Part shown: piece by piece, positions 25,572-45,116 of the stretch
How the letters are laid out: each line of letters begins with the position of its first letter
How positions within the stretch are numbered: position 1 is the stretch's first letter
The notes under the pieces: generated by a model
The model's input: only the letters and a program-made list of their open reading frames with translations
Databases searched by the model: none
Told to the model about the DNA's origin: nothing
Position numbers and translations under genes: made by a program
From: Podarcis bocagei
Lineage: Eukaryota
Strand: one strand, 5' to 3'
Assembly (NCBI GenBank): GCA_964188305.1
Contig: OZ076887.1
DNA: 64,000 nt

Positions 25572-25577
25572 AATAAA
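25572..25577 (+). terminator. Candidate distal poly(A) signal of ARFGEF3 (about 5.3 kb 3' UTR)
   Basis: AATAAA preceded by a U-rich/UGUA-rich block (25480-25570) and a second AATAAA near 25542, followed by a GU-rich tract (gtgtgtgttgttttt). Confidence 0.5.
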
Positions 25578-26117
25578 GTAAATCCAAAATGCAACTACTT
25601 GGAGGTGTGTGTTGTTTTTGCCGTATCAGCGACGGGGAGCATATTATGCGGCAGATGTTTATATGTATAAAAAGTTGACGCAAGGAACTTATTCTCCGTC
25701 TCTGGCACACGCTGAAGCAGATGAACACTCAGAAAGATGACCACCACCGGAAAAAACATGGTTCTCATTGTTTGTGAACACCCACAAAAAGAATGCATTG
25801 GCTTTGGGCTGATTGACAAGGAGGACTGTCAGTACCTCCACCTCATCTCATTATAATCTTTAGTGTGCTTTTTTCCTCTCTATGGCTTCTTACAGAGGAA
25901 AAGCAAGTGGGGAGATGACAATCCATCCTACTGAAGCCATTTCTATGGCAGAGAGTTACTAGAGACCTGCTGGGAGGGATTATTTTGATAAACAGGAAGA
26001 TGGGCAAAAGCATTTAGGAAGCTTCTCTGTGGAAACGTATTAATAACTGCATGAGATTATGGCTCTGGAAGTTTTGGGGGCTCAATCTTGGGAAGGCTGC
26101 ACCCCACGCTTCTTAAG

Positions 26118-26236
26118 CAAACTTGGCCCTCTAGCTGTTTTTGGACCACAACTCCCATGATCCCTAGCTAACAGGACCAGTGGTCAGGGATGATGGGAAT
26201 TGTAGTCCCAAAACAGCTGGAGTTTGGCCATGCCTG
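26118..26236. mobile_element. hAT MITE family B, left end truncated
   Basis: Core nearly identical to the 31521 and 37149 copies. Confidence 0.8.
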
Positions 26237-29200
26237 ACCTAAAGCTTGTGTTGTATATCGCCATCATCTTTATCTATAGATTTCTCATCTGAGTGAGTTT
26301 TATTTTCTTTCTCTCTACCTAAGGACAGCTTGACTTATGCAACTGCGCTGTTCATTCTCTGTTCAGAAGAGCACTGCCCACTTTTCTTTACAGAAGGGAG
26401 GACCATACTGAATGAAGTTGTGCAAGAATATTATTCAGACAGGAAACACATACAAATGGAGGTCAGCGGAAGACGATGGGGTTGGCTGTTGACATTAAAG
26501 GGGTGCATCACTTAACTTGTTTCCCCTTTCCCACCTATATACAGTAGTTCCCTTTTTAAAAAATAAAAGGCATGTCAAGGTTAAAGTGATTACTAATGTG
26601 GCCCTTATGAGGTACTATTCTGTAGAGGGGGGCTCTGAAAACAATTGGAGATGTCAAAGACTCCCATAACAGAAGCAAAAAAGTTTCATCTCTGAGAAAT
26701 CATTTGCATGGCTGAATACCCACAGTAGCCAACAAGACTACACAGCATTTGATTTTCTTCTGGCTCATTCCCCGAGTGATTGCTAACCTTCCTGACATTT
26801 CATTTTACAGCTTCTTCATATATTTTTCAGAGGCCCAGTGTAATTACGATAATCTAGTCTCCTGCCTTATATTACAAAATCAATACAGTTTTACCCACTT
26901 GTCCCCTCTCAAAGTCCATGGCACCTCATTGTGGCTGCTCTCAGGCCTCGCGGGTGTGTCAGCAACTGCAGTGGACTGTCAAGAGCCGTGGTCTGTGAAG
27001 TGGATCACTCCCACGAAATGGAAGGTATTTGTATCAGGTTTCCTTTCTAGTTACACAAAGAACATTTGCGCTTCCTGCATCTGTTGGCTTGAGGTCAGAA
27101 AGTTTGTCATGGAAATAGCACTGATTAAAAATTTAGTAGTTCCAATTCCTTTTTTTAAAAAAGTAACAATCTCAAGGTTTAGGTCTCCTTCAGCAGGATC
27201 AGAGAGCTCATTAATGAAGAAGAAAGGGGCTTGGAATAAAAAATAATAATTCACTGCTGTAACTTTCATTAATTAACAAAGGAACAAAACTTCCCATTAT
27301 CTAAAATTAATGAGACCACTTTGCCGAACCTTTTCAATCAATCCATATGTTTTGTTTTATTTATAACTTCCTTGTTATTGTCATGAAGTCAGTGCTAGAG
27401 TTGTCATATTAAGCACCTACCCCAGCATCTGCAGAACACCCCACTCCACAAAATTTGAACCCCAAAACCTTATCATTTCAGCAGCCAGATCAAAATAGAA
27501 CAAACAACTTCTCAAGATGCGCTAGAGAAACCCCTGGTATTGAGTAATTTGCAAGTTCTACAACTTTTATAAATGGAAGGGAATTTTAACTTTTTTAAGA
27601 CATACTTTTTCACTGAAATTAAACCACAGAAGCCCCCATGCTTTGATATCAGCGAACCAACCAGGCAGTATCCCAGCAATATAAGGAAGTGAATTTGTTC
27701 AAGCACCACTTTGGGTTCTCACAGGTCTTACAAAGGTTTTAGGCTAAAAGACTTGATCAGAAATCTTTATAAAATCAAAATATAAAACAATACTTACAGG
27801 ATAACAAGTCATGGAATGTGAGCATTGAACATACACAGAAAAAGCACAATAGTGGCAGCTGCAATAAGGGATCTGATGTGGGAACCATGGATTTAAGCTA
27901 TGTTGTTTTGCTTCTGCCTTCAGATTTGCCCTCTGATCCCGATCCTGATTGCTCTTTGGTCAAGCTTGTTCTTGAACCCTTTATCTTGGTTGCGCTCATA
28001 TCTGATTGTCCTTTGGTCCTAGCTCTGGGCCAGACTTTTGCCCATACCTCAACCTTAACAAAGATTGTGTCAAGACATGACACAAAAGGGAAAATGTGGC
28101 AGGGAGAGAAGAAGAAAACTTGAAAAAAATTGTTGGATCACTCTAGATCTTGTGTGTATCAGTTCCACCAGAAATGATGGCACTAAGTTCCACCTGCTCA
28201 AGCCACACCACTCTTATTCACCATCCCTATATGTAAGAAGTACTATTTAAAAACATAAATAAAAGTAGCAGAAATACTTCTCTAACTGTTCAAACCAATC
28301 ATCAGGAAAAGATGCAGAATGATATGCAGAATAAAGAAACCATCTCCAGACTTGCTCATGTCAGAATTTAGTCTTTGACAAATGAGAATATCTGAGCAGT
28401 AAACCTTTCCCTAATACACTAAGGCTGAAGGAACATTCTGCTATACAGAGAAGCAGAGTATCTGGACTTAATTCATATTGCTTTCACACCATCTGCTTCT
28501 AGCTGTCATTTCCAGTTACCTACTCAGAGGGGTGCATTTTGAATAGCCTGGCAAGGATGCTCAGTTCTTGCAAGTTTCCACCAGCAATGAAGAGAGCAAA
28601 ACTACTTCAAAAGCAAGATGTTCTTGCTATCTAGTGTTTGGGAGTCCAGTGCTAAATGCAACTATCGTTTTGAAAAATAACAGAAAGTAAGAAAGCATAC
28701 TCCATGTAGCTGAACACAACATCTGACTAGCACGTGCTCCTCAGTACATCATGGTACAGAGTATTTTATGTTTCCCAGCCACAAGGTAAGAAGCAAACAC
28801 AATGCAACTTGTTCCATAATAACCCCCAGGTTCCCTGACCAAAGCAGCTGAACAGAGCATTGTGTTAGAATGAGCTGAGTTTCAATAGCTTTCATTTCTA
28901 CAGTAGAAACACCACAGGCAGAATCTAGTAGAATAACAGGTTTGCTAAACTGCAACCAAATAACTAAAAATGCTCTATTTTAAACAGTAGCTAATACTAA
29001 GCAGAATTAATTCCATTCTTAGAAAAGCGCAACTGAATGTACTCTTGTCACCTCATGAATCATTTCACAAACACCATATATTGGAAAGCAGAAAATCTGT
29101 TGATAAGTTTCTCTCTGCACAATTATTTTGGAACTACCCAGAAACAAGCTGTATATACAGAAACTACTGCTCAAGTATATTCAAGAATATTTGTTCAAAA

Positions 29201-29359
29201 GGTATCAGTTGTTGCTATCATTTTTCTCTTTATCACCATCATTGTCAGTATTTTGTCTATGCTCAGGTTCAATAATTGTCCAATTTTATTAAAACAAGTG
29301 TCCCTTGGAGGAGAAAAATAAGCCTGAGCAGCCTCAGCTAAGGTTGCAGTCCTATACAT

Positions 29360-29571
29360 AAAGGTAAAGAGACCCCTGACCATTAGGTCCAGTCATGGCC
29401 GACTGGGGTTGCAGCGCTCATCTCGCTTTATTGGCCGAGGGAGCCGGCATACAGCTTCCGGGTCATGTGGCCAGCATGACTAAGCTGCTTCTGGTGAACC
29501 AGAGCAGCGCACGGAAATGCCATTTACCTTCCCGCCAGAGCGGTACCTATTTATCTACTTGCACTTTTGAC
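29360..29571 (-). mobile_element. Sauria-type SINE, 5'-truncated
   Basis: Starts aaaggtaaag (reverse of the ACCTTT tail); body aligns with copy 33470-33817; tRNA-like head missing. Confidence 0.82.
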
Positions 29572-30106
29572 ATATACGTTTGTTAAGAAACCAGAGGCTT
29601 TTCTTCTAGGAATAGTAGGAAATGAAATAAATAGAATGGACTGTAAACTTTTCCAATATGCAGTAACAGCAGCGAGAATATTATTGGCCCAAAAATGGAA
29701 ACAGGAACAACTGCCGATGCTTGAAGAATGGAGAATGAAACTGATGGAGTATGCTGAACTGGACAAACTAACAGGAAAGATCAGATATATATACGAGATC
29801 AAAAGTTCATTGAAGACTGAGGAAAATTTTCAGACTATCTGAAATGTGTATGTGATGAGCAAATAACGCTAGTGGGATTTCAAGAAGCTCTGTAAATGAT
29901 AGAGGACTATTGTATTGATGAAAACTAAGTGTGTGAAGGTTTATAAAATGCAATATAAAATTAGGAAATGCGTATTTAAAAATTTGAATAATGGATGGTT
30001 GTCAGAGAGGTTGAAGGAAGTCTAAAAGAGAAAATATGTGATACATTTAGATTGGACACTATAAATGTATATTGGAAAATATAATAAAAAAGTTAATTAA
30101 AAAAAA
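29572..30106 (+). mobile_element. L1-clade LINE 3' end (ORF2 C-terminus + 3' UTR + A tail)
   Basis: KKPEAFLLG..AVTAARILLAQKWK..EEW..KLMEYAELDKLT; AATAAA 30083-30088 followed by an A-run. Confidence 0.78.
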
Positions 30107-31520
30107 TTTAAAAGAATTTATAATACATGAATATACAAGTTTGGCCAACAGATTTCAACCCAAGAAGAATGCCCCAACAGCTCTATTGACAAAGTATTGG
30201 GCTGACAACCGCCCCCTGAAGTGGTAATACACATTCCTGTGCTCTTGGACCAATTTTTTCCACCTCTGATTTTGCTAAATTAAATCAGCAGCTAGAATCC
30301 CCAAGAGTCTTCCAGCGAAGGCTCTCTTTAATAATGCACATTTCAATTCAAAAACTTTCACTTGGATGCAGAGACCATTTGCTTACTGTTTCTCGCTGGT
30401 CTTAGAAAGGAAAATGATGTTCCAGTAGTTTGAGCATTGGCTGGCAGCCAGAATCCTTGAACCTCAAGGCAAGTTTTGGCACAGCAGCCTTGGGCATCAT
30501 GCTCACAAGGCCCTTCTGCCCTCATCCTGCCTCTCAGGCAGGGGTCTCCCCAACAGCAACACCTTTGGTCAGAAACTTTGTTGAAACTCAAATAATGAAC
30601 CACAATGAAGCCATACAATACAAAAAAAACCACAACCCTGTAATTTTCTAAGTATGTTATCTCCTGTTATTGTATTCTCTCTTGAAAAAATTAATAAAAG
30701 TTGTTTACATATAAATTAACAAAATAAAAAACAGCAGAATATACAATTACCAAAACAAACAAAAACAAAACAAATGACAGGGAATACCATATAGCTATAA
30801 ACTAACACAGGTCTTTACTGTGGACACCCTTTCCATACAGTGGCACAATAAGGGTGGGACCTTGGTTTGTCCTTGTCTTACCACTTGTGGTTTGGGAAAA
30901 ACAAACCAGGAGCTTGGTTTAGGATAACATGACAATTGAGATGGTGACTTGATTTGCCCTTGGCATGACAGAAGCAGGAGCACAGGAACAGCACCACAGG
31001 AACTCATTCACATTAAGCCATAGTTTGTTTTAAATTCTGGCAGCTGACTGCTTTATATCCATTTCCTAATGAAGCAACTGAATATGTCTTCTCCTAAGAA
31101 ACATGGCCTGCAGAAAAGCAATAAGCTAGGAGCACCTACTTCACGAGTTCTGAAAAATGCAAATTGCGTTCTGCTTCAAAACAATTCAAGTTTGATGTAC
31201 TTCAGCAGCAGAGAACCAGCTCAGAGAATTACACTTTGGATTTTTAAAGTGTATTACTGTTATCGCCTGCCCTTCACCAGCTGGTCCTAGGGTGTGTTGC
31301 AAGAATCTAAAATTCAGAATTAAAAAGTTAAAGCAGATCAGTGTCCACAGGAACAGGGTGGGACCTGAAAACAAACACCCTAGGTGTCAAAGAACAAGGT
31401 AAAGAGGTGAAAACTAGCAGTCTGATATTTCCCCACACAATGACGGGAAATACTATAACAAAAAATAAATAAATAAAATCTGCCTATTTAGTGAGTTTGG
31501 ACCAGTGGTACACTCTATGA

Positions 31521-31656
31521 CAGTGGTGGCCAAACTTGGCTCTCCAGCTGTTTTGGGACTACAACTCCCATTATCCCTAGCTAACAGGACCAGTGGTCAG
31601 GGATGATGGGAGTTGTAGTCCCAAAACAGCTGGAGGGCAAAGTTTGGCCACCACTG
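31521..31656. mobile_element. hAT MITE family B (136 bp)
   Basis: TIR cagtggtggccaaact/agtttggccaccactg; TSD ctctatga/ctctagga. Confidence 0.87.
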
Positions 31657-33469
31657 CTCTAGGAGGACTTTGCAGCAGATGTTCAAGGCCCTCCTCAGTA
31701 AAATGAGCAATGGGGAAAGCATGAACAGGACTGGCTTGATACGTTTTGAAATAAGTGAAGTAACACAAGTTACCATGTAAAGGGAGTGTCCTCCCCCAGA
31801 CCATTTGGGGTGAGTGATGTAATGTATGTTGTCAACTAGAGAGCCCCTTTGCCAGGGGGGGAACCCAGGATTTTTGTTGGGGGGCAGGCCTTTTGTTGTG
31901 GTGGGGCAGAACCTCAGTTAGCTATGTATTTTTATTGATTTTTATTAATTTGGGGAGCAGCTGCCCCCATCCCCCTGGCTATGCCCATGCTCCCTGCCTG
32001 CCTTGCACACATGCATGCACACACACACACCCCTCTGGTGATCCCTCTTTAAGAGGCTTATGTTTTGGAGGGAAACTCTTTGGGTGGTTTATGCAGGAAT
32101 GTGAACCCTCTGCCAGAAGCAGACTGCAGGTGGGAGTTGCATGTGTGGGAGCCAGCACAGAACATAGCCATGATAAAATCAACGCTAAAACTGCCCTACA
32201 ATTATAAAATAAACGAAACATTATATTGAAGAAATCTAATCTCTGTCTTTATTTGTGCGCCTGAGAGGACATCACAAAGGCCACTTGAAGTGAAGCCATA
32301 AATATGCTTTCTTTTTCAGAGAAAGGATAAACACATTTTAATTTTAGATGCCTTTGAGGGGAAGGTATGTGCCTTTTAACTGGCAAATGGGACATTTGCT
32401 GCTATATTAGCTACATGACTTTTGTTATCTATTTAAAGCTTTTTGTTCATTATGGTTTATTGATGGGTTTTATTTGTGCTTTTGGCTGTTGTTACGTGAT
32501 ATAGCGTAAACCAGCCCAAGAATTCTAATAAAGACAATCTGGTAGTATTTAAAACATAGTCTCAAAATAAATACATAAAAATTCGTGTTTTTCAGATGAA
32601 TGTTACATTGAGAAAGAGCCTTGCAGGATTCTGTCAGGGGGTCGTGCAAACAGTCTTTGGCAGGGCAGAGAATTCTCACTACAAGCAAAGCAGAAATCAT
32701 AGTTTGGCTAAAGGGTATTCATGCTGAGGTCATGCAATGGTCAGGTTGCATCCTGTTTTGCGAACTATTGCCACTAATGATGTTTAAAAGCACATTAAGT
32801 AAATCTATGTATAATAACAAACCCAGAGGGAGACTGGGCTGCATAACACATAAAGTATAGAAAAACAAATGGAAGCAGACTTAAAGGGATTGGACAAATA
32901 GCAGGAATTAACCAAATGAGATTCAACCTGGAAAAATTCAAGCTAATACATCTAGGAGGAAATAGCACATCTAGGCAACTGGACACTAATGCTTTGAGGG
33001 CAGCATTTTCTCCACTGATAAAAGGATCTCGTTAAGCTACAGACTTGTTCCAACTCATAATGGACATTAAAAAAAGAAAAGAAATTACCAGTTCTGTCTA
33101 GAATTTGCCCACAAGGCTTAGTGGGGAAGACTGGATGTGTGTCTGAATTTTATCCTATAAAGCCTTGACCCACTTCACATGGATTTGTTGACTTACGAGG
33201 TTTTTTTTGGGGGGGTGAAACACACACCCCAATTGGCCCTGGTGCTCATAGTGCTTGATAGTGTGGAGCAGGAGCATTACCATGTTCTTCAGGTTCCTGG
33301 GGAAGCTGGTGAGTTTAAGGACCAGGAAAGATATAGAGGGGTTTTTTCTCTCCTCCTTCTGCCCCTACTCCAGTCATATATAGCATTAGAGGTTTTACAG
33401 GTGCAAACCTTAATATTTTACAGTGCATCTAGAACTTCTCTCAGTTGTAGACAGGATTGGAAGAGACAT

Positions 33470-33817
33470 TTAAAAAGGTAAAAGACACCTGACAGTTAAG
33501 TCCAGTCGCAGAAGATTCTGGGGTTGCAGCGCTCATCTCGCTTTACAGGCCGAGGGAGCCGGCATTTGTCCGCAGACAGTTTTTCCAGGTCATGTGGCCA
33601 GCATGATTAAGCCGCTTATGGTGCAACGGAACACCGAAACCAGAGCAGTGCACGGAAACGCCGTTTACCTTCCTGCCAGAGCGGTACCTATTTATCTACT
33701 AGATTTTTGGGCGTGCTTTCAAACTGCAACGGGAGCTCACCCTGTCGTGGGGATTTGAACCACCAACCTTCTGATCAGCAAGCCCAAGAGGCCCAGTGGT
33801 TTAGACCACAGTGTCCC
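33470..33817 (-). mobile_element. Sauria-type SINE, near full length
   Basis: Minus-strand B box GGTTCAAATCC, ACCTTT-type tail, 12-bp TSD tggaagagacat/tggaagagtcat. Confidence 0.87.
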
Positions 33818-34689
33818 TGGAAGAGTCATACCAACCTGTTAATTCTTTCCACAGGGGAAGGGGGCGCCACAAGTATGAGAGACTACTGCTGCTGCTAACC
33901 TTTCCCTATTGAGCTTGGGATGCTTACCTGGATAGGCTTTCTGAGAATGAGGAACTCCAATCACACAGGGTTCCCTATCCCATGGAAGCCTACGCATGCA
34001 GTTTTGCCACAGGGCCCCACTCTGCAGGAGCAGGACAGCCCCACAAACAGCAAGGCTGACTTACACATTTTAATGCAAGTGGGGGAAACGCATACTGCAT
34101 TACTATCTAAAGAGAGGGTTCCTGTGAGACCATTAAGTCTAAAACCTATATGGCTCTCTTTTGCAGACATCCAGACATGGAGAGCTTAATGCCAGAGGCA
34201 AGGCAAATAGTGCAGCCCTCACTCCTTGTGAGTTACAATGCTTCCCTTCTGTTTTCAAAGTGGTAGCCTCAGTTTAGGGTGTATGTACACATTTAAAGTC
34301 CATTCCAGGCAGCACAAAACAAGCAGGGAATACTTCCCCTTCCTTTGTTTAATAATCTTGAGGTTTACTTAAGGCAAAAATGTGTGCCATATATTGTTTG
34401 CAGAGTTCAATGAAAGCAAATGTATAGAATTATATAGTATTGTTTCTTCTGCCCAAGCAGCTTGTATTCTCAGGCAAGCTTTCCTTTCAAATTCTTCCAA
34501 TTTCAGCTCTCGAGACTCCATAAAATGCAATTATGGAATTATATCTGCTGATAATATGCTTGTGTCCAGTGCAGTTGGATCTACCCTAATGCAAAAGAAA
34601 TTACTTTTAAAAGATAATTGCTAGGCACAGTAAAATGGTTGTACTTAACCCTAGTTTGTACAGAAGCTACATGAGAGAAGCGACAATGC

Positions 34690-34770
34690 ATTATATTATA
34701 TTATATTATATTATATTATATTATATTATATTATATTATATTATATTATATTATATTATTATTATTATAA
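34690..34770. repeat. (ATTAT)n microsatellite
   Basis: Seen directly. Confidence 0.95.
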
Positions 34771-35991
34771 TTGTCTTCCACTGCTGCACAACCTGTCCAT
34801 TTTCTTGTAAACTGGTTTATCCAAGTATTCTCATGTGCTCATGGAAAATTCAGAATGAGTTATATTTGTCACCAATCCTTATCCCATAGGACAGGCATGC
34901 AAGTCTAACTGAGCAAGTGTTTTTGTTTTGATTATTATTATTCAGTTAATAAGAGGTTGCTACCTTCAGTTTCTTGCAAAGCGTTGCCTACCTTGCCTTT
35001 ACATCCATCAGAAGTGCTATCGATTTTTAAAATGTCCTTTATTTTCTTTTTTAACTATTCAAATATTTATAACCCACCTCACATCAAGTGATCTCCTGGC
35101 AGAATACAACAGTGAAGCACAAAATAAAACAATGTAGGGGTCCTTCTCTGGATCCAAGGCTTGCACCTTGTTCTCATCTCCCACATAGCTGTCCTAGGAG
35201 TGAGTGCTCCTTCTGCTGCAATAATGGGAAAGGGCAGACAAGATATGGCGCCATGGCAGAAACCCAGCTGGCTAGCAGCAAGCACAGCAAATAGAGAAGC
35301 CTCAACGATGGGAAAGAAAACAAATAAATAAGGCAATACCTTGGCTTCTTACTATAATACTACTCAGCAGCAAATTAATTATTCATTATGACATATTTAC
35401 TTATGGCTTTTATATTAAACTGCAAATTACACATAGAAGGTCATTGGGGTAAAGCAGAGAGCCCACCTCTGTGGCCGAAGGGTGGAGAAAACGAACCCCA
35501 GGCAAAAAGTCATGGAGCTGCCCAAATAAATATTGCTGCTTCTCAAGATTGAGAAAGCACAGTGGCCATATATAGAGCCCACCATGTGCGACAATGTGGT
35601 GAAAAAATAAAACCCTAATAGCTTTTCCAGCATGAAGATTAGAATGACCATGCTTCTTCATCTGCATAAATATACCCGGGAGAGAAGGTTGACTGCTACT
35701 GGAAACCTAGGGGAGGCAAAATAGTGTTACAGACATCGTGTCTCAGAGAGGGTGCAGAATATGGGTCAGCCTAGACAAAGCTCCTATGCTCTTTAATACA
35801 GTACTAAAATGGTACAAGGGTATTTAATTTGGACATGAAAACAATCAGGCAGCGTCTTAGAAGACTCGCAGCATGCAGTAGGCAAAATGTAGTTTGAGAA
35901 TTAATCTAGGGAAATTCAAGGAAGGACAGTAAAGCAAACCATAAACAATAAGGCAACAATGTTATTTGGACAAGACAGGCTATGTGCTAGG

Positions 35992-35995
<4 letters not shown>

Positions 35996-36046
<51 letters not shown>
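35996..36046. repeat. (TG)n microsatellite
   Basis: Seen directly. Confidence 0.95.
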
Positions 36047-36049
<3 letters not shown>

Positions 36050-37148
36050 CATTGCTTTCTGCAGTTATCTCCTGTACAAAAAATTGTACAACAAATCTCC
36101 ACAAATAGCTTTTGCTCCCAGTGTTTACTTTGTTCAAGAGCTTTGTGGTTCAGATCTTCACACAGGCTGAAACAGGACATTACATTGCTTGACTTTTAAA
36201 CAAAGATTGCTTCATAGCTTTATAAAATTATCTTGTTAAAAGATACTTTTCCTTAACAATATTGTGGATCAACTGAGATTCTTCCATGGTGGCTGGAAAT
36301 AGTTTGATTTCTCCACTTACCACTTTTCAATTAGTTTTTTTACTATTATGAAATAACACATTATTTTGCCACAACTTAGGCACAAAAGCAACTCAAGCCA
36401 AGCAATAAATTCAGGAGGCCAAACACCTTTAAAATTCTACTTAGGCTGCAGTCCTGTGACCACTTGCCTAGGAGTAAGCACCACTGAACTCAATGAGATC
36501 TGTTTCTAATGAAGCCTGATAAATTGCACAACTAATGTTCTAAAATAGTCACAGCCAATTGTCCTAAACTTATTCATATTCAGACAAGAATATACATGCA
36601 CGAAAGAAGACTGTGATGGCCAGTAGGGAAACAGAGTCCTAACATGGCAGAATAGACTGTATGATGTTCCAATTGCAAGTGGAGCGCCACATTTTTAATG
36701 CCTCTGTCCATAAAAAAATAAACACAGCTCTGTGTGAAGATCTATTCAGGGGGAGCCCTTGGGGAGGCGCAGAGGGGAAGTGAGAAAACATTTGAAGTGC
36801 TACCCTCACCTTCACCTGCAGTCTGAAGGTGGTACAGTCCACAAGATTCTACCACCTCTCTCACCTTCATGCATATAACCAGACTGCATACCAACATTTC
36901 GACATAGCTGAGAGTCACAACATACATGTTGTTCTCACTACCAACATCCAGCTACTTCTGCAATCCTCCTCTTTGTGGACATCAGACTGGTCCTGCCATG
37001 AGGCAGAGTGAGAAAGCAGGTGCTGGCAAGTAGGGAGCAAGTCACCGGTGGCAGCCTCTGGGACATGTCTCCTGAATCCCTTGACCAGCCCCTTCAGTTG
37101 GAGGACAAAACTATGTGGGCCACACTGCTTGCCCTGCACCCCTTAAGC

Positions 37149-37284
37149 CAGGCATCCCCAAACTTGCCCCTCCAGCTGTTTTGGGACTACAACTCCCATC
37201 ATCCCTAGCTAACATGACCAGTGGTCAGGGATGATGGGAATTGTAGTCCCAAAATAGCTGGAGGGCCGAGTTTGGGGATGCCTG
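37149..37284. mobile_element. hAT MITE family B (136 bp)
   Basis: TIR caggcatccccaaact/agtttggggatgcctg; perfect TSD ccttaagc. Confidence 0.9.
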
Positions 37285-38346
37285 CCTTAAGCAGCTCTTT
37301 TCAAAAGCTAAGTAGTAGTCCCCTATTTAATCACTCAAAGCAGGAGTGCTTACATACTTTTTTTTTAAAAAAGTTATCATCCCAGGTGAGTGTTGTCAAG
37401 ATTGCAAGATTGCTTTAGGGCGTCAAACAGAACCAACTTTAGTCCTCTTCAGACATGCTCACATAACTAGGAACAGAACACCCGCAAATCAAGGAATAAA
37501 AAATAGCAGTTCTAATGCCTTTCACTGATATTTCTATACAAAGAAAGCACTCTAAGAAGGAAGATTATTCCTACTACCTTTAAAGTAATTACTAGCATCA
37601 TAGTAATGGGATGACAACACGAACCATAAGCCGATAACACTTTTAAAGAAAAGGGGGGGAAACCCCACTGCTGATCTCTACATACTTCTGTGAACAGAGC
37701 TGTTCTTGTTTTGTTTTTTAAATAATTACACTAAGCGATTTAGGCCTAATGATGTTTATCCTAAAAAGCAAGGGCAGAATTAAGCACAGCTGATGTGTTG
37801 TTAACCATTATTGAAAGTAATCATATATTCTCTGTGGCCAAAGCCTTTTCTGGCAGCAGCCTCTCTGCGGATTTATCATTAACATCTACATCTAATACTC
37901 CTAAATAATTCAGAACACCTTTCAGCCTTATGCCCTTGCCTGCCTACCCAGAAACCTCTTTCGCTATTTACATTACATCCAAGTGAAAATACAAAATGTG
38001 ACTGTTCGTTTGTTTTTACTTCTACTACTATTACTTTGTAGAGGTGCAAGCACTTCTCTCCCTTTTAAACATGGATTACTCCCTGCCCCCACCCCAAAAG
38101 GTATTTATTAAATCTCTAAATTTAGAAAATTACCCAGAGTTAGAAGCATGTGGTCTCAGATTCTTATGCAAATTTCCCTTTAATAATCCTAATGCAAGCA
38201 ACCCTCCAATCAGAAGAATGCTGTCCCATCCCTGATACCTGATGCCAGCTTTCTGGTAATGTAGGCCACTGAAGCAAATCCAGAGAGATTGAGTTGGAAG
38301 ACGGAGAAGCATCTGAGATTCATTTGGTTACTGTGCTACCTCGCTA

Positions 38347-38359
38347 TCTCTCTCTCTCG

Positions 38360-38391
<32 letters not shown>
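38347..38391. repeat. (CT)n tract about 150 bp upstream of the SMIM28 ATG
   Basis: Seen directly. Confidence 0.9.
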
Positions 38392-38395
<4 letters not shown>

Positions 38396-38514
38396 GTTGC
38401 TTCCACACAGGAAGACTTTCAAAATGGGTTTTAGCTGAGACATTTCCAGCTGTGTCAAGAGTAAGGAGAAGGGGCACCGTTTAAGAGAGACCAAAAAGCA
38501 AGTACCTAAACTGA

Positions 38515-45116
<6,602 letters not shown>

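Noticed and set aside
26749-27246. 165-aa plus-strand ORF
   Set aside because: Non-ATG start, no recognisable domain or convincing splice structure.
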